DNA of 54,262 bases from an uncultured Clostridia bacterium (GTDB lineage Bacteria; Bacillota; Clostridia; TANB77; CAG-508): positions 1 through 54,262 of the forward strand of contig CALXJR010000001.1 of assembly GCA_944388675.1 (NCBI GenBank), given 5' to 3'. The notes under the pieces were generated by a model. It ran no database searches and was not told where the DNA came from. It worked only from the letters and a program-made list of their open reading frames with translations. How positions within the stretch are numbered: the stretch's first letter is position 1; each line of letters starts with the position of its first letter. Positions 27,636-37,171 of the stretch are shown piece after piece. The position numbers and the translations under genes were made by a program.

Positions 27636-29069
27636 ATGCAAAATAATTTAAAAGAACTAAGCAATAATGATATAGAAAGTAAAATAAAAGAACAACAAGA
27701 ATATATAAATAAAGTAAATAAAATAAATTTAGGCAAAAATTTAAAATATATTGTTCTAACTATGGGATGCCAATTAAATGAAAATGATTCTGAAAAGATA
27801 TCTGGTATGATTGAAGAAATGGGTTATACAAGAACAGATAAAATAGAGGATGCAAATTTAATAGCATTTAATACATGCTGTGTAAGAGAGAATGCGGAAG
27901 ATAAATTATTTGGTAAATTAGGGGAAGTAAAAAAATATAAAGAAGCAAAAGGAACAATAATTGCAATTGGTGGTTGTATGATGCAAGAAAAGCATATGGT
28001 AGAAAAGCTTAAAAAAAGTTATCCTTTTTTTGATATAATTTTTGGACCACACACATTATATAAATTTCCTGAAGATGTATATAATATATTGACAAATAGA
28101 AAAAGAATAGAAGATATATTAGATATTGATGGAGAAGTAATAGAAGGTCTTCCAATAAGAAGAGATGATAAAATAAAAGCATCTGTTGCGATTATGAATG
28201 GTTGTAATAATTTTTGCACATATTGTATAGTGCCATATGTAAGAGGAAGAGAAAGAAGTAGAAGAGCTGAAGATATTCTAAATGAAATAGAAGATTTAGC
28301 AAAACAAGGATATAAAGAAATTACTCTTTTAGGACAAAATGTAAATTCTTATATGAGAGTTGAGAGAGAAAAAGGAGAAGATGTAGGAAAAATAGATTCT
28401 TTTGCAAAATTATTAAGAGAGGTAAATAAAATTTCAGGAATAGAAAGAATTAGATTTATTTCACCTCATCCAAAGGATTTCACAGATGATGTTATAGAAG
28501 CTATAAAAGACTGTGATAAAGTTTGTAAAATTATTCATTTACCTCTACAATCTGGAAGCTCAAAGGTTTTAAAAGATATGAATAGAAAATATACAAAAGA
28601 ACAATATTTAAACTTAGTTTTAAAAATGAGAAATAAAATTCCAGGAGTTCAATTTTCAACAGATATAATTGTGGGGTTCCCAGGAGAGACAGAAGAGGAT
28701 TTTGAAGATACTTTAGATGTTGTAAAAAAAGTATGTTTTGAACAAGTATTTATGTTCATATATTCTAGAAGAAAAGGAACTCCTGCGGATAAAATGGAAA
28801 ACCAAGTTCCAGAAGAAGTAAAACATGAAAGATTTAATAGATTAAAAGAATTAGTTGAGAGTCAAATTGAAGAAAATAATAAAAAATTTGTTGGAACAAA
28901 ACAAAAAGTTTTAGTAGAAGGAAGAAGCAAAACAAATGATAATATGTTAACAGGAAGAACTGACCTAAATAAAGTAGTTAATTTTGAAGGGCCAGATAGC
29001 TTAATAGGACAAATGGTTGAATTAAAAATTATTTCTGAACATATGTGGTACTTAAAAGGAGAAATTTAA
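27636..29069 (+). CDS. miaB: tRNA-2-methylthio-N6-dimethylallyladenosine synthase MiaB
   Basis: UPF0004 domain TMGCQLNENDSEK, radical-SAM motif CNNFCTYCIVPYVRGRERS, C-terminal TRAM domain. Start chosen at ATG 27636 with an AAGGA RBS. Confidence 0.9.
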   Translation: MQNNLKELSNNDIESKIKEQQEYINKVNKINLGKNLKYIVLTMGCQLNENDSEKISGMIEEMGYTRTDKIEDANLIAFNTCCVRENAEDKLFGKLGEVKKYKEAKGTIIAIGGCMMQEKHMVEKLKKSYPFFDIIFGPHTLYKFPEDVYNILTNRKRIEDILDIDGEVIEGLPIRRDDKIKASVAIMNGCNNFCTYCIVPYVRGRERSRRAEDILNEIEDLAKQGYKEITLLGQNVNSYMRVEREKGEDVGKIDSFAKLLREVNKISGIERIRFISPHPKDFTDDVIEAIKDCDKVCKIIHLPLQSGSSKVLKDMNRKYTKEQYLNLVLKMRNKIPGVQFSTDIIVGFPGETEEDFEDTLDVVKKVCFEQVFMFIYSRRKGTPADKMENQVPEEVKHERFNRLKELVESQIEENNKKFVGTKQKVLVEGRSKTNDNMLTGRTDLNKVVNFEGPDSLIGQMVELKIISEHMWYLKGEI

Positions 29070-29163
29070 TAATGGATGTACAAAATCTTGAGCAACAAGA
29101 AACAACAAGAAACTTAAATATAGATAGAAATAGATTATGAATAAAAGAAAAGGAGTAATAAAA

Positions 29164-31776
29164 ATGGCAGAATTTTCACCAATGATGCAACATTACCTTG
29201 CAACAAAGGAAAAGTATAAAGATTGTATATTGTTTTACAGATTAGGAGATTTTTATGAAATGTTCTTTGATGATGCTATAAATGTATCAAGAGAGCTAGA
29301 ACTTACTCTAACAGGAAAAGAATGTGGACAAGAAGAAAGAGCTCCTATGTGTGGTATTCCATACCATGCTGCAGAAACATATATATCTAAACTTGTTGCA
29401 AATGGTCATAAGGTTGCAATTTGTGAGCAGTTAGAAGATCCAAAGCAAGCAAAGGGAATGGTAAAAAGAGATGTAATTAGAATAATAACTCCTGGAACTG
29501 TAACAGAATCAAATTTATTAGAAGAAAAGAAAAATAATTTTATAATGAGTATTTTTCAAAATGGTATGTTTTTTGGAATTGCAGTATGTGATATTTCAAC
29601 AGGAGATTTTTATTCTGCAGAAATCAAAGAAGAAAATAATTTTGAAAGACTACTTGATGAAATTTCAAGATATTCACCATCAGAGATAATTGCGAATAAA
29701 ATGCTAGCTGGTTGCAAAGAAGAAATGGACAAAATAAAAGAAAGATTTGATGTTTATATGTCTTGCGAAGATGAAGAAAACTTTAGTCAAGATACAAAAA
29801 ATATATATATGCAATACACAATTACAGATGATAAAGGAAATGTAATAAAAGATTTAGAAAAAAGATTATTTGCAGTTTCAGCAATTAATGGACTTATTAA
29901 ATATATAGAAGATACCCAAAAAACAAAGTTAGAACATATAAATAAAATTACTATATATACAATTACTAAATATATGGCTTTAGATATAAATGCTAGAAGA
30001 AATTTGGAATTAACAGAAAAATTAAGAGATAAATCTAAAAAAGGAACTCTTTTATGGGTATTAGATAAAACAGCAACTTCTATGGGAGGTAGACTTTTAA
30101 GAAGATGGATAGCAGATCCATTAATAGATGTAGCTGAAATAAATGATAGGCTAGAAGCGGTACAAGAATTAAAAGATGATGTTATATTAAGAGGAGATTT
30201 AGAGGAAGCTCTAAAAGGAGTTTATGATATAGAAAGGTTAGCTGGAAAAATATCTTATGGAAGTGCTAATGCAAGAGACTTAAATTCATTAAAAGCTTCA
30301 AGTGGTAAATTGCCACAAATAAAACAATTACTTTTAAATTGTAAATCTAATATGCTAAAAAAATTATATGAAGAATTAGATCCTTTAGAAGACATATATT
30401 CATTAATAGATAAAGCAATAGTAGAAGATCCTCCAATTTTAATTACAGAAGGAGGAATAATTAAGATTGGTTATAATCAAGAAATAGATGAGTTAAAAAA
30501 AGCCATGACTGATGGAAAAACATGGCTTGTAGAATTAGAAGCAAGAGAAAGGGAGAAAACTGGAATAAAAGGTTTAAAAGTAGGTTATAACAAAGTATTT
30601 GGATATTATATTGAAGTTACTAAATCAAATTTATCAATGGTTCCAGACAATTATATTAGAAAACAAACTTTAACTGGTGGAGAAAGATATATTACAGAAG
30701 AATTAAAGGAATTAGAAAGTAAAGTATTAGGTGCAGAAGAAAAAGTAGTAAGTTTAGAATATAACGAATTTGTAAAAATAAGAGATTTTATTAAAACTCA
30801 AATATTAAGATTACAAAAGTCAGCTATGGCAATTTCAAAATTAGATGTTCTATGCTCTTTTGCAACTGTTGCAGAAGATTTGAATTATTGCAAACCAACA
30901 GTTGATAATAGTGGAGTAATAGAAATAAAAGATGGACGCCATCCAGTAATAGAAAAAATGTTACCAAGTGGAAGCTTTGTATCAAATGATACATATATGG
31001 ATAAAGAAGAAAATAGATTATCTATTATAACAGGTCCTAATATGGCTGGAAAATCTACATATATGAGGCAAGTTGCATTAATAACTTTAATGGCTCAAAT
31101 AGGAAGTTTTGTTCCAGCAAGTTCAGCACATATAGGTGTTGTAGACAAGATTTATACAAGAGTTGGAGCATCAGATGACTTAAGCATGGGACAAAGTACC
31201 TTTATGGTAGAAATGATGGAAGTTGCAAATATTTTAAAAGAAGCAACTGCAAATAGTTTAATAATATTAGATGAAATAGGAAGAGGAACATCAACTTATG
31301 ATGGACTCTCAATTGCTTGGGCTGTTGCAGAATATATAGCAGATAAGCAAAAATGTGGAGCAAAAACATTATTTGCAACACACTACCATGAACTAACACA
31401 ATTAGAAAATACATTAGAAGGTGTAAAAAATTACTCAATTGCAGTAAAAGAAAAAGGAGAAGATATTATCTTCTTAAGAAAAATAGTACCAGGTGGAACA
31501 GATGAAAGTTATGGTGTACATGTTGCAAGACTTGCAGGAGTTCCAAAACAAGTAACATCTAGAGCAAACGAAATATTAAAATCAATAGAAAGAAAAAATA
31601 TATTATCTAATAAGAATATAGAAAAAGAGAATAAAAAACAAGTGGCAGGGCAATTAGATATGTATAACTTTAAACTTGCAGAAATAGCTCATGAACTAGA
31701 TAAAGTAAATGTAAATGAATTAACTCCAATAGATGCTTTAAATACATTAGTTAAAATAAAAGAAGAAATGAAATAG
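29164..31776 (+). CDS. mutS: DNA mismatch repair protein MutS
   Basis: FSPMMQHYL, FYRLGDFYEMFFDDA, Walker A GPNMAGKSTYMRQ, DEIGRGTSTYDG, THYHEL. Confidence 0.95.
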   Translation: MAEFSPMMQHYLATKEKYKDCILFYRLGDFYEMFFDDAINVSRELELTLTGKECGQEERAPMCGIPYHAAETYISKLVANGHKVAICEQLEDPKQAKGMVKRDVIRIITPGTVTESNLLEEKKNNFIMSIFQNGMFFGIAVCDISTGDFYSAEIKEENNFERLLDEISRYSPSEIIANKMLAGCKEEMDKIKERFDVYMSCEDEENFSQDTKNIYMQYTITDDKGNVIKDLEKRLFAVSAINGLIKYIEDTQKTKLEHINKITIYTITKYMALDINARRNLELTEKLRDKSKKGTLLWVLDKTATSMGGRLLRRWIADPLIDVAEINDRLEAVQELKDDVILRGDLEEALKGVYDIERLAGKISYGSANARDLNSLKASSGKLPQIKQLLLNCKSNMLKKLYEELDPLEDIYSLIDKAIVEDPPILITEGGIIKIGYNQEIDELKKAMTDGKTWLVELEAREREKTGIKGLKVGYNKVFGYYIEVTKSNLSMVPDNYIRKQTLTGGERYITEELKELESKVLGAEEKVVSLEYNEFVKIRDFIKTQILRLQKSAMAISKLDVLCSFATVAEDLNYCKPTVDNSGVIEIKDGRHPVIEKMLPSGSFVSNDTYMDKEENRLSIITGPNMAGKSTYMRQVALITLMAQIGSFVPASSAHIGVVDKIYTRVGASDDLSMGQSTFMVEMMEVANILKEATANSLIILDEIGRGTSTYDGLSIAWAVAEYIADKQKCGAKTLFATHYHELTQLENTLEGVKNYSIAVKEKGEDIIFLRKIVPGGTDESYGVHVARLAGVPKQVTSRANEILKSIERKNILSNKNIEKENKKQVAGQLDMYNFKLAEIAHELDKVNVNELTPIDALNTLVKIKEEMK

Positions 31777-31955
31777 ATTTTACTAAAAACTTTTGCCTAA
31801 AAAGGAGCATTCTTCTTGGTCGAAAGTTTCTGGAAAAAATATAAAAAATAGTGAGTATTTTTCTTGCTATTTTTTTCATTCTAGTGTAAAATATTATATG
31901 AAAAGTGTATTATAATCAATTTATGTGCAAAAAATAACAAAGAGAGGGATTATAT

Positions 31956-32360
31956 ATGAAAAAAGTAGTCGCAATTATATCTATAATTTTTTGTATAATT
32001 GGATGTACATCTGTTTATGCAGAAAATGATACAAATGTAGTCACACAAGAAAGCACAACAGGAAAATTAATAGAGATAAAGGAAAAAGAACTAAATACAT
32101 TAGATGAATATAAAGAGGCTTATGGTTCAGATGCATATGGACTAACAGCTTACTTACTAAATAGAATAAGAATTTATAGTATACCATTTGGCTTTGTGGC
32201 AATTGTAGTGGCTGCTATATATCAGTATATAATTGGATTAAAAAAATTAGATGTTAGAGATAAAGGTTTTGCTTTAATGATTACAAGTGTTACATTAGTT
32301 GTAATATGTCAAGTATTGCCACTTGTTTTTGCCATAGTAGTTAAAGGTTGGAGGAGTTAA
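31956..32360 (+). CDS. Small secreted/membrane protein (signal peptide or lipobox IIGC, plus 2 C-terminal TM helices)
   Basis: MKKVVAIISIIFCIIGCTSVYA, followed by two hydrophobic helices. GAGAGGGA RBS. Confidence 0.55.
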   Translation: MKKVVAIISIIFCIIGCTSVYAENDTNVVTQESTTGKLIEIKEKELNTLDEYKEAYGSDAYGLTAYLLNRIRIYSIPFGFVAIVVAAIYQYIIGLKKLDVRDKGFALMITSVTLVVICQVLPLVFAIVVKGWRS

Positions 32361-32363
32361 CAA

Positions 32364-34907
32364 ATGAAAGTATTATTTGCTGTAAATAATGAAAAAGTTT
32401 CAGAATCAATAATAAAAAAATATCAATCTATGTATAAAGAAATAATTTCATCTAAAAATGTTTACTTTTTTAATAATATAATAAATGAATTACAAAAAGA
32501 TAAATCATATGATAGAGTTGTTATAGGAGAAGATGTAGAATTATTTTCTAATAAAAACTATGATGTTATTGATAATTTTATATTTGATAAATTAGATGCA
32601 ATTAGTGATGAAGCATCTAATAGTGTAGAAGGAGATATTCCTATTATATTTATTGCATCAGAAAGAAGAGAAAAAGGAGATCCAATATTAGTTAAATTAT
32701 TTGGAATTGGTATATACAATGTTTTATTAGGAAATGATAGAAGTACAGAGAATGTATGTAGATTAATAAATCAGCCAAGAACAAAAAAAGAAGCTAAAAT
32801 ATATTATAAAATAGAATCAGATGATATTGAATATAAACCGGTTAATCCTGATATTGTCCCAGAAGATGAAATGAACAATATTATCAGACATTATAAAAAA
32901 ATAGATGGAAATGAAGATGCTTATGTATCTAGTTTTGATGATATTGCAGGACAATATACACAAACACAATTAAAAATTATAGCTGCCAAATTACCTCTTA
33001 AAGTTAGAGCGGTACTTGAAGCTAGGTCACCTAAATATCAAGAAGTGATGATTGGTAGTGTGAAAGGTCAAGTTAAAAATCCACCAGCAAAACAGGGTGA
33101 AAAAATTACAACAAGAGATATAAACAATGTATCAAATGATCCTAAAAAAATAAGTTTAATAAATCAACAGTTACGTGGAAATAGATTAACAAAACCTGTT
33201 GTAATTCCTTCGCCAGTTAAATTTCAAAATGTTGAAAAAGTATATAAAAATAATCCTCAAACACAGACTAACATTTTACAAACGCAACAAAATATTCCAA
33301 CTTACAAAGAGGAAAATAATAATTTAGCTCAGACTACAGCTACTCAATATCAACCAATTTCTCAAGTACAAAAACCAATGAATATAAATGAAACTGATGA
33401 ATTACCTATTTCTCAAAATATTGATGAAAGTGAAAATACAGCTATAGTAGAGCAAAAAAGAAAAAGAGGAAGACCTAAGAAAGAAAAAACACCTGAAGAG
33501 CTTATGCAAGAAAATAAGCCAAAAGGAAAAAGAGGAAGACCTAAGAAAAATCCTCAACCTGAAGAAGATGGCATGGAAACAACTGAAAATGAAAAAGAAA
33601 CTACTACTTTACAGCCAATTGATGAAGAACCAATTGATTTATTTACTTTAGGCGATGATGAAGATAATGTAACAACTGAACCAAAAAAAGATGTTGAAGA
33701 AGGAACTATATTACCAGGTTTAGATATAACAGATGATGATGATTTAGATAATGGATTAAGTAATAATATAGGAAATGATGGTTATAAGAATTTAAATCCA
33801 ACTACAGTTAATCCAACCACTGTTAATCCAACAATTGTATCGCCAGCGTACAACAATACTGGCACTACTATAAATACTCCAAATAAAGCTCAATATATCA
33901 ATAATGGAACACAATCTTTTAATCAACCAAATAATAATTTATACGGAACTAATACTTATGAAGCACCAACAGATTTACAAGAGGTTAATATAAATAATAA
34001 TGTTGACTTATCAAGTCTTTTGGTTGGTGATAAAAAAATTGTAGCTTTTGTTGGTACTACTAAAAACGGAACATCATTTTTAATAAACAATCTAGCATGC
34101 TTATTATCAGAAAAAGGTATAAAGACAGCAATTTTAGATCTTACAGAAAATCAAAATGCATATTATATATATAATCTAAATGATGATGATTTAAGAAATA
34201 AAGCAAATAATTGTATTGAAGGTCTTAGAGCGGGAAGAGCTGATGGAATTCCAGTAAATAAAAATCTTACTGTTTATACTACAATTCCTGGAAAGGAAGA
34301 AAATTACCAAGATTATGGAAATATTTTAGAAACTTTAGTAAGAAATTATTCATTAGTATTATTAGATTGTGATTTTAAAACTTATACACAATATTTTGTA
34401 AATGTTCAAGAAATATATCTAGTACAAAGTTATGATATATTAACAATACAGCCATTAACAGCATTCTTAAATGAATTAAAGCATAAAAATGCTTTAGATG
34501 AAAGTAAGTTAAGAATAGTTATAAATAAAGCTCTTAATGTAAGAATGTTAACAGATAAAATGATTGTTGATGGATTATCATGTTATAATGATTCAGCTGC
34601 AACATTCCAGAGACCACTATTTGATAGTAAGACAATTAAGTATACTAAAATTCCATTTGAAGAACAAACATATGCAAGATATCTAGAAAGACTTGTTGAT
34701 TGTAAAATCAATTTAAATGGATACTCAAATACGTTTATGGAAGCATTAAATAGATTAGGAACAATGGTCTATCCACTTATTGCAAATAATATAAAATATG
34801 GACCAAACAAAAACTATAATGATTATAATAAATTTGGAAAAAAACGACCAACTCAATTTAATAGTAGTATGGATGAAACTTTAAATAAAATGAGAAAAAA
34901 TATATAA
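32364..34907 (+). CDS. Pseudo-receiver / AT-hook x2 / degenerate ParA-MinD-fold protein (TadZ/CpaE-like architecture, 847 aa)
   Basis: N-terminal CheY-like fold lacking the acidic pocket (MKVLFAVNNEK..., IPIIFIASE). Q/N/P/T-rich linker with KRKRGRPKKEK and KGKRGRPKKNP. C-terminal KKIVAFVGTTKNGTSFLINNLACLLSEKGIKTAILDL and YSLVLLDCDF. Confidence 0.6.
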   Translation: MKVLFAVNNEKVSESIIKKYQSMYKEIISSKNVYFFNNIINELQKDKSYDRVVIGEDVELFSNKNYDVIDNFIFDKLDAISDEASNSVEGDIPIIFIASERREKGDPILVKLFGIGIYNVLLGNDRSTENVCRLINQPRTKKEAKIYYKIESDDIEYKPVNPDIVPEDEMNNIIRHYKKIDGNEDAYVSSFDDIAGQYTQTQLKIIAAKLPLKVRAVLEARSPKYQEVMIGSVKGQVKNPPAKQGEKITTRDINNVSNDPKKISLINQQLRGNRLTKPVVIPSPVKFQNVEKVYKNNPQTQTNILQTQQNIPTYKEENNNLAQTTATQYQPISQVQKPMNINETDELPISQNIDESENTAIVEQKRKRGRPKKEKTPEELMQENKPKGKRGRPKKNPQPEEDGMETTENEKETTTLQPIDEEPIDLFTLGDDEDNVTTEPKKDVEEGTILPGLDITDDDDLDNGLSNNIGNDGYKNLNPTTVNPTTVNPTIVSPAYNNTGTTINTPNKAQYINNGTQSFNQPNNNLYGTNTYEAPTDLQEVNINNNVDLSSLLVGDKKIVAFVGTTKNGTSFLINNLACLLSEKGIKTAILDLTENQNAYYIYNLNDDDLRNKANNCIEGLRAGRADGIPVNKNLTVYTTIPGKEENYQDYGNILETLVRNYSLVLLDCDFKTYTQYFVNVQEIYLVQSYDILTIQPLTAFLNELKHKNALDESKLRIVINKALNVRMLTDKMIVDGLSCYNDSAATFQRPLFDSKTIKYTKIPFEEQTYARYLERLVDCKINLNGYSNTFMEALNRLGTMVYPLIANNIKYGPNKNYNDYNKFGKKRPTQFNSSMDETLNKMRKNI

Positions 34908-34930
34908 TAAACAAAATGAGGTGATACTTT

Positions 34931-36016
34931 TTGATAATTGTTATATTATTACTTGTAGCAATAATAGTAGGATTAATGTTTTACAATATGTCTATACACA
35001 AAAAAGTAGAAGCATTTAAAAATATAGACCAACAAATAACGAGTTTAAATGTATTGCAAGATTTTATGAATACTATAAGTGAATCATCATCAGCAGATGA
35101 AAAGTTAAAGAAAATAAATGATATTTTAATAGAAAAATATAAAATAAAATATTCAACAATAGTAGTATATAATGGAGCAGAATATGAGATAAAAGCTTCC
35201 AATGTTGCACAAAAGCATTGGGATGCATTAAAAAATCTACAATCTGAACCTATATTTAAAGATAGTATAGAAACTGCAACACCTAAGTATATTACTGTAA
35301 ATAATGAGAATGAAAAATTGCCATATCAAAAAATGGAATTTGGTAGAGCAAAATCAGCAATGTTTTTTCCGATATATATAGATAATGTTTATATTGGTTA
35401 CTGGATAATAGAAGGAAGTACACCCCATGAATTTGATAATGTAGATACAACAATACTTGAAGTGGTAAAAAATAATATTGTTTCAGTTTTAAAAACAGTT
35501 GAAAATCAATCAGTAGTTGAACAAATTGTAAGAGATGATTTATACTCAGAATTAAAAACAGCAGAATATTTATATACAGATGGTAAAAAAATAATAGATA
35601 AATTTGATAAATCTACAGTTTGTCTATTTAAAATAATTAATTTAGTACAAATAAATCAAAATGTTAGTAGAAAAACAGGAGATAATGTAATTACAGAAGT
35701 TTGTAAAACTATAAAACAAGAACTTGCTCCAGAATACTTATTTGTTAGATATATGGGACCAAAGTTTGCAATTGTTTTTTCTGGTGTTGAAATTGACTCT
35801 ATTGAGGAATATATGAAAAATTTAAAACAAAAGGTTGAATCATTAAAAATACCACCAGCACAGGACTATAAAGGTAAACCAGTAGAAGTTTCACCATTAA
35901 TAAATATTGCACTTGCTACATACTATAAAGGCACAATTTTAGTTGGTGTAACAAAAAAATTGGAAGAATATTTAGATACTGCAGATCCTGCAGAGAGTAA
36001 TATAAATTTTTTATAG
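34931..36016 (+). CDS. Membrane-anchored sensor-like protein with degenerate GGDEF domain
   Basis: TTG start with GAGGTGA RBS and an N-terminal TM helix. The GGDEF-domain-like C-terminus (DDLYSEL..., SRKTGDNVITEVCKTIKQEL, FVRYMGPKFAIVFSG) has MGPKF in place of GGDEF (35753-35767). Confidence 0.55.
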   Translation: MIIVILLLVAIIVGLMFYNMSIHKKVEAFKNIDQQITSLNVLQDFMNTISESSSADEKLKKINDILIEKYKIKYSTIVVYNGAEYEIKASNVAQKHWDALKNLQSEPIFKDSIETATPKYITVNNENEKLPYQKMEFGRAKSAMFFPIYIDNVYIGYWIIEGSTPHEFDNVDTTILEVVKNNIVSVLKTVENQSVVEQIVRDDLYSELKTAEYLYTDGKKIIDKFDKSTVCLFKIINLVQINQNVSRKTGDNVITEVCKTIKQELAPEYLFVRYMGPKFAIVFSGVEIDSIEEYMKNLKQKVESLKIPPAQDYKGKPVEVSPLINIALATYYKGTILVGVTKKLEEYLDTADPAESNINFL

Positions 36017-36025
36017 GAGGTTTTT

Positions 36026-36280
36026 ATGGTTACAGACGAGACAGTAAGTTATAATGTGGAAAAAGAAAAGAATACAAAAACAAGAGAAATCTTAAAGGAA
36101 GTGTATAAAGCATTAACTGAAAAAGGATACAATCCAATAAATCAAATTGTAGGATATATACTTTCTGGTGATCCAACATATATTACAAGTCATAATAATG
36201 CTAGAAATTTAATAAGACAAGTAGAAAGAGATGAATTATTAGAAGAAATGGTAAAAACATATATAGGATTGGACAAGTAA
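36026..36280 (+). CDS. IreB-family regulatory phosphoprotein (UPF0297)
   Basis: [39 protein letters not shown]. Conserved position upstream of ruvX. Confidence 0.8.
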   Translation: MVTDETVSYNVEKEKNTKTREILKEVYKALTEKGYNPINQIVGYILSGDPTYITSHNNARNLIRQVERDELLEEMVKTYIGLDK

Positions 36281-36281
36281 T

Positions 36282-36710
36282 ATGAGAGCTTTAGGAATTG
36301 ACTATGGAGATGCAAGAGTAGGAATAGCTATTACAGATCCATTATGGATTACAGCTCAGGGATTAGAAACAATACATCATCAAGGAAATGATAAAATTGT
36401 TTTAAAAAGATTAGAAGAAATATTAAAAGAATATGATATTGATACAATGGTTGTAGGTATGCCATTAAATATGAATGGAACAAAAACAGAAAGAGCAGAA
36501 ATTACAGAAAAATTTATACATAAATTGCAATGCAAATTTAACAAAATAAAAATATTAAGTGTAGATGAAAGACTTACAACAGTTGAAGCACATAAAACTA
36601 TGAATTTTTTAAATATCAATAAACACAAAAAAAGAAATGTAGTTGATACTATATCAGCTGTATATATACTAGAATCTTACATGAAAATGCAAGAAAATAA
36701 AAAAGTATAA
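36282..36710 (+). CDS. ruvX: Putative pre-16S rRNA nuclease / Holliday junction resolvase-like YqgF
   Basis: MRALGIDYGDARVGIAITD...VVGMPLNMNG...DERLTT. Confidence 0.9.
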   Translation: MRALGIDYGDARVGIAITDPLWITAQGLETIHHQGNDKIVLKRLEEILKEYDIDTMVVGMPLNMNGTKTERAEITEKFIHKLQCKFNKIKILSVDERLTTVEAHKTMNFLNINKHKKRNVVDTISAVYILESYMKMQENKKV

Positions 36711-36776
36711 AAGATTTTAATATTGTAGAAATACAAATTAAATATAAATTTTAAAAAAATTGAAAGGAGAAATAAA

Positions 36777-37097
36777 ATGAGTGACGAAAGAATACAAGAT
36801 AATGCTAACGAAGAGCAAGATGACAATATAATAATACTAAATGACGAGGATGGAAAGGAAAATAGATTTGAATTTTTAGATTTAGTAGATTTAGACAATG
36901 AACAATATGTAGTTTTATTACCAGCTGATGAAGCTGATTCAGATGAACCAGGAGAAGTAGTTATTCTTAAAGTTGAAGATTCAGATGATGGTTCAGATGA
37001 GGAATCTTTTGTAAGTGTTGATGATGAAAAAGTACTAAATGAAGTATTCGAAATGTTTAAACATAAATTTAAAGATGAATTTGATTTTGTAGATTAA
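36777..37097 (+). CDS. DUF1292-family acidic protein
   Basis: DEDGKENRFEFLDLVDLDNEQYVVLLP. Typical gene following ireB-ruvX in Firmicutes. Confidence 0.75.
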   Translation: MSDERIQDNANEEQDDNIIILNDEDGKENRFEFLDLVDLDNEQYVVLLPADEADSDEPGEVVILKVEDSDDGSDEESFVSVDDEKVLNEVFEMFKHKFKDEFDFVD

Positions 37098-37111
37098 TTT
37101 AATTATTAATA

Positions 37112-37136
37112 ATGAGCAGTTTTTACAACTGCTCAT
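37112..37136 (+). terminator. Hairpin after the DUF1292 gene
   Basis: 10-bp perfect stem atgagcagtt/aactgctcat, 5-nt loop. The T-tract is weak. Confidence 0.5.
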
Positions 37137-37171
37137 GTGTAATTATTTATAATAATAGGGGGACTTAAAAG

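Noticed and set aside
29072-29140. Short ORF (MDVQNLEQQETTRNLNIDRNRL) between miaB and mutS.
   Set aside because: It has no Shine-Dalgarno sequence and no hydrophobic or conserved character, and it overlaps the spurious upstream extension of the mutS ORF.
31956-32360. Signal peptide plus two TM helices, considered as a VirB2/TrbC-type conjugative pilin.
   Set aside because: The window contains no VirB4, VirD4, relaxase or other T4SS gene, and topology alone is insufficient.
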